From positions 1 through 39,080 of IMG/VR virus record IMGVR_UViG_3300030330_004861: DNA of 39,080 bases; one strand, given 5' to 3'. Both the position numbers and the translations under genes were made by a program. Under the pieces are notes generated by a model that saw only the letters and a list, made by a program, of their open reading frames with translations, was not told the origin of the DNA and made no database searches. The stretch's first letter is position 1. Every line of letters starts with the position of its first letter. The DNA is from a virus (lineage: Duplodnaviria > Caudoviricetes). Positions 1 through 6,833 of the stretch are shown here, piece by piece.

Positions 1-40
1 GGCGTTACCCCCGGGGCGTCGTACTCGGCGCTGGGCCGGT

Positions 41-136
41 TTATTCGTCGGGCAGGTGCCGGACAATTTTCCACCAAAACAACGTGAAGGCGAAGGTGAG
101 CCCGATCACTGTCGGCGGGTAAAACAGCCAATCCAT
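41..136 (-). CDS. 31-aa putative membrane microprotein (MDWLFYPPTVIGLTFAFTLFWWKIVRHLPDE)
   Basis: Read by hand (below ORF-track cutoff); TGATG overlap with the upstream gene; single hydrophobic segment. Confidence 0.55.
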   Translation of the reverse strand: MDWLFYPPTVIGLTFAFTLFWWKIVRHLPDE

Positions 137-594
137 CAGGACACTGATACACTGGCGGACGCTTCTACCGTAATGTCGTCGATCTCTATCTCAACCGATA
201 GCATGTCGGCGACCGCCTTCGCCAGTTCTTCGATATTGTCTGCAGAATCGTCGGCCCGGTCGGCGAGTATCGTTTCGACCGCGCTTTCAATGGTGCCCCG
301 GTATTCGATCTCCTGCGCTACGTCTTCGGCGGTCGGGATTTCCTCAGCGGACTGCTCCAGCGATTCGACGCGGTCGCGCAGGTCGTCGAAGTCGTCGGCT
401 AGTTCTTTAAAGACTGGCAGCGCTGCCAATGCATCGGCGAGCGCTTGCAGCGGCGCAAGCGCTTTCTCCAGTCCGTAAGCGCGGCGCGTAGCAAGTTCTA
501 ACTTTTCCCGCAAAGCGTCCGCGCTGTCGTCCGGCGAATTGGTCAAGTTATCCAGTAGATCGATAGTGCCGGTGTCGTTTGTGTCAATAGTCAT
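136..594 (-). CDS. Hypothetical acidic coiled-coil protein
   Basis: 152-aa ORF with strong RBS CACGGAGAAAG and its own promoter/leader. Confidence 0.75.
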   Translation of the reverse strand: MTIDTNDTGTIDLLDNLTNSPDDSADALREKLELATRRAYGLEKALAPLQALADALAALPVFKELADDFDDLRDRVESLEQSAEEIPTAEDVAQEIEYRGTIESAVETILADRADDSADNIEELAKAVADMLSVEIEIDDITVEASASVSVS

Positions 595-629
595 GGTTTC
601 TTTCTCCGTGTTAATCGGGCGTGATTGCC

Positions 630-666
630 CGCCGCCTTTATCGCATAGGCTCGCATATCGTGCAAA
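630..666 (-). promoter_or_regulatory. Putative promoter with tandem TATGCGA operator repeats
   Basis: TTGCAC then TATGCGA x2 at 10-nt spacing (plus-strand tcgcata at 641 and 651), directly after a terminator; -10 box ambiguous. Confidence 0.5.
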
Positions 667-668
667 CG

Positions 669-694
669 AAAAAGGGCGGCCCGAAAGCCGCCCC
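669..694 (-). terminator. Rho-independent terminator after the DUF932 gene
   Basis: GGGGCGGC-TTTCGG-GCCGCCC-TTTTT. Confidence 0.8.
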
Positions 695-720
695 GATTTC
701 GTCGGTTATGTCGCGGGGTT

Positions 721-1848
721 TTACGCGGCCAATTCCAGCGCGGCTTTGTAAGCTTTCTGCTTAAGCTTTCCGCCCGTGCCATCGCCGAACAGGTTCGACG
801 CGATGTTATGCTGGACGCCCCGATTCTTGACCGGCTTCTGGTCGGCCAGCCATGTCACGGTGTTAAACGCGCCCCATAACGTGCCTTCGGCGCTGCCGAG
901 ATCATGGCCGGGGTTGATGCCCACTGTCGGGGCGGTCGTCACGTCGTCCGGCAGGTCGGCATTGGAGACGCCCCGGGCGATTTGGTCCAGTCTGTCGGCG
1001 ACGAGTAGCGCAACGTCGGCGGCGTCGTCTTTCCCGACGGGAAGAAAATCGCGGCCCCGGAAATACGCCAGCGCTTTGCGAACCCCTTCGGACTGGCGGA
1101 CCTTGCCGTTGGGCTCGGTCTTTTCTTTCCCGCCGATCACAGTCCGGAAATAGTCCAGAGCTTCAACGTCAGACAAAGCGCGGGCCGCTAAACGGCGGGC
1201 CGTTGCAACGTACGCCCCGAATTGATCGTCCTGTAAACCGAGCGCCGTTTCGACGGCGTATGGGTCCAATTCAACGCGGTGATCGTGCCGGAATATATCG
1301 GCGTCTTTTTCCGATAGAGCGAACGTCAGCGTGTTATTGCAAACAACGCGGGTGGACACGTTCGCGAACGTGTTCGCGTCTTTGCCAGTATGGCGAACGG
1401 TAAACAGGGGCCGCGCGGCTATCGCATCGCCCGGGCCGATCTCTTCGACGCGGTCGGTCTCCAACTGGACCCATGCCGCTGCGCCGTCGAACAGCGCGCC
1501 CGCCGTGACGATGTCGAAGCCGTGATGGTCTCGGAGTCGGTCCGCCATTTCGAGGATCGAACTGTTCTGAACCGGCTGCCATTGCCCGGCGATATAAGGG
1601 CCTGTGACGTGGTTATTATCGGTCCGCTCTATATAAAAAGAGTCCGGAATCGGCGTCCCGTCCGCCCGGTGATTCGGGCGACATGCGACCTCGTAATTGA
1701 GACCGGCGGCGTCGGCCCATGTTTCAATTGACGCGAGGGGCGCAACGGTTTGGGGATTTGTTTCCGGGGCATGCCATGGGGCCGCGTCGGTCTCCCTGTA
1801 AGCCATTGCGATACGTCCATCTTCCTGTGTGGCAAGTTCATGTGACAT
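721..1848 (-). CDS. DUF932/DUF945 family phage/plasmid protein
   Basis: Motifs MSHEL..MAY..PWH, RVVCNNTL, GTLWGAFNTVT; start moved to ATG 1848, which follows RBS CACGGAGAAA. Confidence 0.85.
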   Translation of the reverse strand: MSHELATQEDGRIAMAYRETDAAPWHAPETNPQTVAPLASIETWADAAGLNYEVACRPNHRADGTPIPDSFYIERTDNNHVTGPYIAGQWQPVQNSSILEMADRLRDHHGFDIVTAGALFDGAAAWVQLETDRVEEIGPGDAIAARPLFTVRHTGKDANTFANVSTRVVCNNTLTFALSEKDADIFRHDHRVELDPYAVETALGLQDDQFGAYVATARRLAARALSDVEALDYFRTVIGGKEKTEPNGKVRQSEGVRKALAYFRGRDFLPVGKDDAADVALLVADRLDQIARGVSNADLPDDVTTAPTVGINPGHDLGSAEGTLWGAFNTVTWLADQKPVKNRGVQHNIASNLFGDGTGGKLKQKAYKAALELAA

Positions 1849-1938
1849 TTGTCTATTTCTCCGTGATAAAAAAACGGGGCAGGATTGCCCCGCCCCAGTG
1901 TTCTCGCATAAAGTCGCGTAAGGTGTCAACGGTTTATT

Positions 1939-2664
1939 TTATGCCGCGATAACCCGCCCGATATCGCCCGCAATGTGGGGACGCAGAATAGTATGCGGGC
2001 GCAGCGTTTTGACGAACGCCCGGTGCGCGTCGGCGTCGGACTGTTTCGGCTTTTCGCGATTGGATAAGCCGCGCCAGTGCAAGGCGACGTTACCGCCGCC
2101 CGCATAGCATCCGCCCCGCTCGGCATTGTCTCCGGCTTTTCGTTTCGACGCACCGTGCGCGGTAAATACGATGAAATACTCGCGCTCGGCGCGGGAACAT
2201 AACGGGCGGCCATTGCCGCACCGGGCGCAACCGATACCGGTTTTTTCGTCGGGACAACGTACGCCCCGAACGCCGTTCGCGGTTGTTACCTTGTCACTAT
2301 CGCGCCCGCGCCAATAATCGGCGGGCACGACGGCGACGCTGGCATTGCCTAGCGCGGTCTCGTTTGCGGCGGCTTCAAGGGTCGGGGCGGAGTAATTAAA
2401 AGTACACTGCGCCCGGTCGCCGGTATTGCGTTCGGCCCATAGGTGCGGGGCAAAATGCGTGAACAAAAAAGCAAGCCCGCGCTTCGGTACGGAATGACGA
2501 ACGGCGCTTTCATACTCGCGGTCTATCTCGCGGGTTTTCGTTTCGACCGGTTTAAGAGGGCAGGTGTCGGGGCACGTTCCGTACATGTCGCCGGGGGCGG
2601 CGCGATACGTTCCGGCGATCCCGGCGGTTTTTTTGGCGCGGCTGGCGGCGATACAATTAAGCAT
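1939..2664 (-). CDS. Cys-rich phage protein (Gp88-like, possible Fe-S/Zn binding)
   Basis: TCPDTCPL, FTH, CP..CARC..LC, FTAHG, GCYA, LRPHIAGD motifs; start MLNCIAAS at 2664. Confidence 0.6.
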   Translation of the reverse strand: MLNCIAASRAKKTAGIAGTYRAAPGDMYGTCPDTCPLKPVETKTREIDREYESAVRHSVPKRGLAFLFTHFAPHLWAERNTGDRAQCTFNYSAPTLEAAANETALGNASVAVVPADYWRGRDSDKVTTANGVRGVRCPDEKTGIGCARCGNGRPLCSRAEREYFIVFTAHGASKRKAGDNAERGGCYAGGGNVALHWRGLSNREKPKQSDADAHRAFVKTLRPHTILRPHIAGDIGRVIAA

Positions 2665-2809
2665 TTTTCTTCCCCTTGCGGATGCGTTCAAGCAACAAGC
2701 GTTGCGTTGTGGCGGCTGATGGTTTCGGGTACTGGCCGAACCGGGCCGGGCCGTTTTTCTTCGCCCGGGTGCGGTAGCGGTTAACAAATTTCGAATAGCT
2801 TTTATACAT
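2657..2809 (-). CDS. 50-aa basic hypothetical protein (MYKSYSKFVNRYR...)
   Basis: Read by hand; GGAGG RBS; overlaps both neighbours as in an operon. Confidence 0.5.
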   Translation of the reverse strand: MYKSYSKFVNRYRTRAKKNGPARFGQYPKPSAATTQRLLLERIRKGKKNA

Positions 2810-2978
2810 CGGCCCGCACCTCCCGATCATTCTTCAATTCCAGTCGCCGTGCGAGTTGGCACGTCCTGACTGGGACATGCTCGACCTCTCGTTTCAAAGC
2901 ATCAATCGTGTTAGTAAGGTCGTTGATCTGGTGCGACAACTGCTTTACCTCAATTGCCAATCTTTCGGTTAGCGTCAT
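2802..2978 (-). CDS. 58-aa coiled-coil hypothetical protein (MTLTERLAIEVKQL...)
   Basis: Read by hand; RBS CCACGGAGAAAAACC and upstream promoter. Confidence 0.7.
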   Translation of the reverse strand: MTLTERLAIEVKQLSHQINDLTNTIDALKREVEHVPVRTCQLARRLELKNDREVRADV

Positions 2979-3012
2979 TTGGTTTTTCTCCGTGGTATGG
3001 GTTAACTCCCAT

Positions 3013-3052
3013 ATACTAGGGCAAGAAAAAACCCGGCGTCAATACCGGGTTT
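3013..3052 (-). promoter_or_regulatory. Overlapping terminator and sigma70-like promoter
   Basis: Hairpin AAACCCGG-TATTGACG-CCGGGTTT+TTT with TTGACG in the loop; TAGTAT 18 nt downstream; TATGGGA motif follows. Confidence 0.65.
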
Positions 3053-3059
3053 AATCTTT

Positions 3060-3188
3060 TTAATAACCGCGTCGTCGCGTTCGTCGTCGCGTTGTGCGTC
3101 GCATTGCACGGGGCGGTTTGGCGTTCGCGTATTTTTTCCAGTCGGGGCCGTATAGCAGGCGGCCTAATAGGCTAAACAGAAACATCAT
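3060..3188 (-). CDS. 42-aa Arg-rich microprotein (MMFLFSLLGRLLYGPDWKK...RRRGY)
   Basis: Read by hand; GGAGG RBS and ATGA overlap with the upstream gene. Confidence 0.6.
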   Translation of the reverse strand: MMFLFSLLGRLLYGPDWKKYANAKPPRAMRRTTRRRTRRRGY

Positions 3189-3448
3189 GCGGCCTCCGTT
3201 TCACGGACAACGGCGCAGCCGTCGATATACCGATCCTGCACTTCGGTCCACCCCGCATGATTAAGCCGGTCGGGGCCGTCCGGGTCCATCAACGCCGCTA
3301 GAAGGTCATAATGATCCGCGTCGGGCAGAAGGTTTCCGTACAGGTCAAAAAACCGGGCGTACCGTTTTTTATCGTCCGGGTCGGATAAATCGATTTCGGT
3401 ATAATAGCCCTCAAGGCTTAGTTCGGTAATGTCGATTCTAATTTTCAT
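3185..3448 (-). CDS. Hypothetical protein
   Basis: 87-aa ORF with RBS CCATGGAGAAA; ends in -EAA. Confidence 0.7.
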   Translation of the reverse strand: MKIRIDITELSLEGYYTEIDLSDPDDKKRYARFFDLYGNLLPDADHYDLLAALMDPDGPDRLNHAGWTEVQDRYIDGCAVVRETEAA

Positions 3449-3578
3449 CGCTAAATTTCTCCATGGTTTTGCGATTGATGCGAGATGTAACGAAAGCTAT
3501 TGCGCCGAATATCACGAATCCCGTCCACGCGATAATCAGGTAATCGACGGCAAAGCCGGTAAGGGCGTCATACTCCAT
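3438..3578 (-). CDS. 46-aa putative single-pass membrane protein (MEYDALTGFAVDYLIIAW...)
   Basis: Read by hand; TAATG coupling; hydrophobic segment. Confidence 0.5.
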   Translation of the reverse strand: MEYDALTGFAVDYLIIAWTGFVIFGAIAFVTSRINRKTMEKFSDEN

Positions 3579-3772
3579 TAGCTTTCACCGTGAACAGGGC
3601 ATCCGGGGTCTAGCGTCGGGCTGACGCCCGGCGGAACGCATATGCAGGTGCAATCGGACCCGCCGTCCGGCCACGCTGCATCAAGCGCTCCGGACTCTAG
3701 GCCTTCCGGGCCACAATAACGATACTCTTCGGCGTAAAACGCATCGCGCCGGTTTCGGTTGTCATACTCCAT
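3578..3772 (-). CDS. Small hypothetical protein with CxC..CPxH motif
   Basis: RBS ACGGAGG and promoter upstream. Confidence 0.6.
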   Translation of the reverse strand: MEYDNRNRRDAFYAEEYRYCGPEGLESGALDAAWPDGGSDCTCICVPPGVSPTLDPGCPVHGES

Positions 3773-4277
3773 GCCTTAGTTCCTCCGTAAGGTTGTTGGA
3801 CTCGTCTGTTATATGGGATCGTATCGGACATATCAACCCCATAATTTCGTCCCAGTTATAGGGCGCTTCGACAAAGAGATCGGGCGGGCAGTCGGTGCCT
3901 TCCATTCGAACGTCGATAGCCTTGGAGGCGTGGTAGACTCGGACGGTGTCGGTCTGCTTCGCTTTCGACTGGCGGACCAGTATCCACGCGCTGCCGTTTT
4001 TGTGGAGGTCCATCCACGTCACCTGATGCGGCGATAGCTCTATCGCCTTGCCGCCCGTGTGCTTCAATTCAACAAAATGAAAGAGGCCTAGTTCGTCTTG
4101 GATTACAACGTCAGGAACCCCCGGCGTCGCCCACGTCTCCAGCCTCGTCATCGTCAGCTTGCGGCGGCTCTGCGATATCCCCTCCTTCATCGTCTTCCAC
4201 AAGCCGCTTTCGCGCTTTGCGGCGGTTCGAGGTATTGTCCGGCTCTTCGGGAGTGATGTCGATAGTGATCGGGGCAT
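3762..4277 (-). CDS. VRR-NUC-like PD-(D/E)xK nuclease (possible Holliday junction resolvase)
   Basis: ESGLW...PGVPD...FVELK...LSPHQVTW motifs; start uncertain, overlaps terS. Confidence 0.75.
   Translation of the reverse strand: MPRSLSTSLPKSRTIPRTAAKRESGLWKTMKEGISQSRRKLTMTRLETWATPGVPDVVIQDELGLFHFVELKHTGGKAIELSPHQVTWMDLHKNGSAWILVRQSKAKQTDTVRVYHASKAIDVRMEGTDCPPDLFVEAPYNWDEIMGLICPIRSHITDESNNLTEELRHGV
3808..3836 (-). promoter_or_regulatory. Sigma70-like promoter inside the 3' end of the nuclease gene
   Basis: TTGATA-N17-TATAAC with TCCCATA motif overlapping -10. Confidence 0.65.
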
Positions 4278-4773
4278 AGCTCTGCTTTATCTCCTCTAGG
4301 GCTTTCAGTACTTCGTCTTTCGACATGGAGTCTATCGACCCGTGGCGAATCTCGCTTTTGCTAACGTAGATATCGCCCTGCGCTTGACCGCGACGATACT
4401 CCGCTTGGACCGCCGCGCTGTACGCGCCGTTTTGAAGCGCCATGTCTCGGATCGTTTGCAGGTCGCGCAGATGCCGCTGATAGGTTACCCCGAACTTAGC
4501 GTCCAGTTCGTCGCGGTAAGCCCGGATGGCCGCCACAACGTGTGGAGAGCGATCAGGGTTCGTAAGTTCGTACGCCCGGCTATGGGCGCTGTTGGCGGGG
4601 TAGCCTGCGTTAATGGCGGCTTCCCTCAACGTGATCTGCCCGTCCTTACTGACTAGTTCTTTGACAAACAGTTCCTGCTTCCGAGTCAGCTTTGTGTTGA
4701 CGCTGACCTTCTTCCGGCCCCGGGTCTCAACCCAGTTTGGGTCGTCGGATTTGCGTACGGTTTTGCGCGGCAT
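4111..4773 (-). CDS. terS: Terminase small subunit
   Basis: LTRKQELFV..AAINAGY..SA..RAYEL N-terminal HTH typical of Terminase_2 proteins; acidic tail. Confidence 0.8.
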   Translation of the reverse strand: MPRKTVRKSDDPNWVETRGRKKVSVNTKLTRKQELFVKELVSKDGQITLREAAINAGYPANSAHSRAYELTNPDRSPHVVAAIRAYRDELDAKFGVTYQRHLRDLQTIRDMALQNGAYSAAVQAEYRRGQAQGDIYVSKSEIRHGSIDSMSKDEVLKALEEIKQSYAPITIDITPEEPDNTSNRRKARKRLVEDDEGGDIAEPPQADDDEAGDVGDAGGS

Positions 4774-4823
4774 GGCGGGGTTTCTTTCGATAGTTAATCC
4801 GCACTAGGTTTTGACACAAAACG

Positions 4824-5045
4824 CCTATTATATATAGGGCCTAAATCAATTTTTTGACAAAACCATTCGCTCGCGCGGGTTATACCGCATATTCCATGGA
4901 ACACATGGAACAGAATCCGCTACATATGGAACAGCCTTTGTTCAGTGTTTTCAACGTGTTACTTGTTTTTGTTCCGTTGTTCCGCGTGTTCCACCCCAAA
5001 AATATTTTTTTTCGGAAAAATGATTTCAGCCCTATATATAATAGG
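4824..5045. repeat. Origin-like region: 17-bp perfect inverted repeat enclosing inverted iteron arrays
   Basis: CCTATTATATATAGGGC (4824-4840) and its reverse complement (5029-5045); ATGGAACA x3 (4896, 4905, 4926) facing TGTTCC x3 (4970, 4978, 4987); AT-rich. Confidence 0.75.
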
Positions 5046-5050
5046 GAAGA

Positions 5051-5368
5051 TTAAAACAGATCTCTGAGAAGAACCGTGGGCCGTGATTGGTGGTCTTTAT
5101 CCCCTAGTTAAAGAAGATATGGACGTTAGGTAACTGTGCAGGTATTCGCCCAAATGCTCGGTTGCCTCGGTGTCGTCCAGATTGTAATAAGGATACTCGT
5201 TGTACTCGGCACTAAACGTCCATGTTTTAGGGGCCGTTTCCTGAAGTTCACAGACTTTATGCCGTTTGCCGTTCTTTATCTTAACTAGTTCGTATTTTTC
5301 GAGTTCGTATTTTTCCATGGGTTTTCTCCTTATGAAAAGCCCACGGCTCATCTCAGAGATCGTTTTAA
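5051..5368. repeat. ~31-bp imperfect inverted repeat enclosing gene 5097-5318
   Basis: 5051-5081 vs 5339-5368; 2 mismatches and 1 indel. Confidence 0.85.
5097..5318 (-). CDS. 73-aa hypothetical protein with tandem EKYEL
   Basis: RBS AAGGAGAAAA before ATG 5318; AT-rich. Confidence 0.7.
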   Translation of the reverse strand: MEKYELEKYELVKIKNGKRHKVCELQETAPKTWTFSAEYNEYPYYNLDDTEATEHLGEYLHSYLTSISSLTRG

Positions 5369-5370
5369 CT

Positions 5371-5914
5371 CCAACCTGTTAAGAGACCCGTGGGCCGTGA
5401 TTAAGGGTTAGTGGTCGTTCAGTTCGTCTACGAGTTCACGCAGGTCGCTTTCTGCCTTTTCTTTTTCTGCGCTCTCGTTCTTTTCTATCCAGTACTCGAC
5501 ATTCTCTTTGATGTCGTTAAATGTCTGGTCCATCCATTCTTCATGGTCTGGGTGGTCCGGATTCATGTCGCCTTTTTTCATCGGCCTGATGGTCCGGCCT
5601 TTGCAGAAGAACAACCCTATCGGGGTTGGCCTGTCTTCCGGGGTGGCTTCGTAGTGGAAGCCGCCAAGCTCGCCGCAGTTGAGCGTTTCGCTTGGGCCGT
5701 ACATTACCCTGACGGCGATGCCGTCTTTCTTCCCAAGGGTATTGGCACCGTATTCTTTTACTGCGTTTTTGATGGCAGTTACGGGGTCAAGGGCCTTGGC
5801 CCACCCTCCGTAGTAGCCGCCCGAGAGGGCGAGGAAGGTGTATCCGTTTTTGAGTGTATGATCTGTCATTTGGTTCTCCATGGTTCGAGGCCCACGGGTC
5901 ACTCAACAGGTTGG
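5371..5914. repeat. 26-bp imperfect inverted repeat enclosing gene 5408-5869
   Basis: 5371-5396 vs 5889-5914; 2 mismatches. Confidence 0.85.
5408..5869 (-). CDS. Hypothetical protein
   Basis: Start MTDHTL at 5869 after RBS CCATGGAGAA. Confidence 0.75.
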   Translation of the reverse strand: MTDHTLKNGYTFLALSGGYYGGWAKALDPVTAIKNAVKEYGANTLGKKDGIAVRVMYGPSETLNCGELGGFHYEATPEDRPTPIGLFFCKGRTIRPMKKGDMNPDHPDHEEWMDQTFNDIKENVEYWIEKNESAEKEKAESDLRELVDELNDH

Positions 5915-6031
5915 TGTCGTATTCACAATGTCCAAGAGCGGCGGCGCTTTCGCCGGGGGTCAGAGAGGCGGCCATCGCACTGCGAAAGTTAGTCCGCTTC
6001 GCCCCGGTCGGGCGCTTCTTTATTATGTCGT

Positions 6032-6077
6032 ATAATACCACATCTTATCCCATATGTAAATGCGACATATTGTCGCA
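6032..6077 (-). promoter_or_regulatory. Sigma70-like promoter with upstream palindrome
   Basis: TTTACA-N17-TATTAT with TATGGGA in the spacer; palindrome TGCGACA-tat-TGTCGCA at 6061-6077. Confidence 0.7.
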
Positions 6078-6096
6078 CCCTAAGTCACTGATTTCA

Positions 6097-6630
6097 TTAC
6101 GTTTTATCCCACTTGTCTGCGGCAGTCAGCATCGCCCAGTTAAAAGCCAGCGTGATGCGTTCTCCGGGCGCGGCATCAACCGAGTGAGGGAGCGAGGCCG
6201 GGAATGTAAGAACGTGGCCCCGGGCGTTATAGAAGACGGTGCCGCCGACGATAATTTCGGAGTCGCCGAAATAGACGACGGACGCGTAATCTGTTCCCCC
6301 CGAAACGTGAGCGTGTTCTTCGACGTTCTCGCCGGGCTTCAGAAGGTTGCCCCAAGCGTCCAGAATGTCGATACCACTGAAGGCCCTTTCGTTAAGGGCC
6401 CCGGATTCCCGCAGCCGCTCGCCCAGCATATGGACGTACTCGTGAAAGATTTCGTCGTCGTTGAATTGCCGCCAGTCGGTCATCTGACCGTGGACGTTCG
6501 TGACGTAGTCGTTTGGGCCGACGGTCTCGCGGATCTTTCTCTCGAAATGCTGGAGGTGCGCCTCGGATAGAACCTTACACCGAACTACTCGGGTCGGGGC
6601 CAGTATCCAATGCGTCTCGACAAGTTCCAT
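6097..6630 (-). CDS. 2OG-Fe(II) oxygenase (TIGR02466-like)
   Basis: WGN..PG..HAH, SVVY, FPASLPHSV, RITLAFN. Confidence 0.85.
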   Translation of the reverse strand: MELVETHWILAPTRVVRCKVLSEAHLQHFERKIRETVGPNDYVTNVHGQMTDWRQFNDDEIFHEYVHMLGERLRESGALNERAFSGIDILDAWGNLLKPGENVEEHAHVSGGTDYASVVYFGDSEIIVGGTVFYNARGHVLTFPASLPHSVDAAPGERITLAFNWAMLTAADKWDKT

Positions 6631-6645
6631 GGTCTTTTCCTTATG

Positions 6646-6682
6646 AAAAGGGGGAGAGGGTCAGTAGTCACCCCTCTCCCCC
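6646..6682 (-). terminator. Strong intrinsic terminator
   Basis: GGGGGAGAGGG-loop-CCCTCTCCCCC-TTTT. Confidence 0.8.
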
Positions 6683-6687
6683 GTCGT

Positions 6688-6830
6688 TGCGGTTGCAGCC
6701 TTTACCCTGTCAGACGCCGGGGAGAAAGCACCGGCGGGAACCCTGAGCGTTGACGGAGACTGTAACCTCCGCAGGTCTGCTTCATTACTTTCGCACCGCA
6801 TCAGCAAAAGCTAAATTAGGGTTCCTCCAA
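6688..6830 (-). ncRNA. Candidate structured RNA in the 3' UTR of the SspB-like gene
   Basis: Nested stems GGTTACAGTCT/AGGCTGCAACC, GTCA/TGAC, CGCCGG/CCGGCG with loop TGCTTTCTCC; also GGAACCCT/AGGGTTCC; no convincing ORF. Confidence 0.45.
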
Positions 6831-6833
6831 AAA

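Noticed and set aside
4854-5054. 66-aa plus-strand ORF across the origin-like region
   Set aside because: TTG start, no RBS, and the peptide simply mirrors the DNA repeats (MEHMEQ..HMEQ)
5051-5914. Retron a1/a2 repeats, IS/MITE ends or CRISPR repeats
   Set aside because: No reverse transcriptase, transposase, recombinase or cas gene in the window; no target-site duplication or regular spacer periodicity
5930-6020. tRNA gene
   Set aside because: Multi-stem fold but no TTCGA T-loop, D-loop consensus or CCA end
5411-6570. Long plus-strand ORFs 5411-5992 and 5854-6570, and similar ones at 11760, 17183 and 34712
   Set aside because: Antisense to well-supported minus-strand genes; no RBS or domain signal
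6780-6812. Possible hammerhead ribozyme (CTGATG...GAAA on the minus strand)
   Set aside because: Core reads CUGAUGC rather than CUGANGA, and stems I-III could not be built
6688-6833. tmRNA fragment next to the SspB-like gene
   Set aside because: No ANDN..AA tag reading frame and no tRNA-like acceptor/T-arm ends seen
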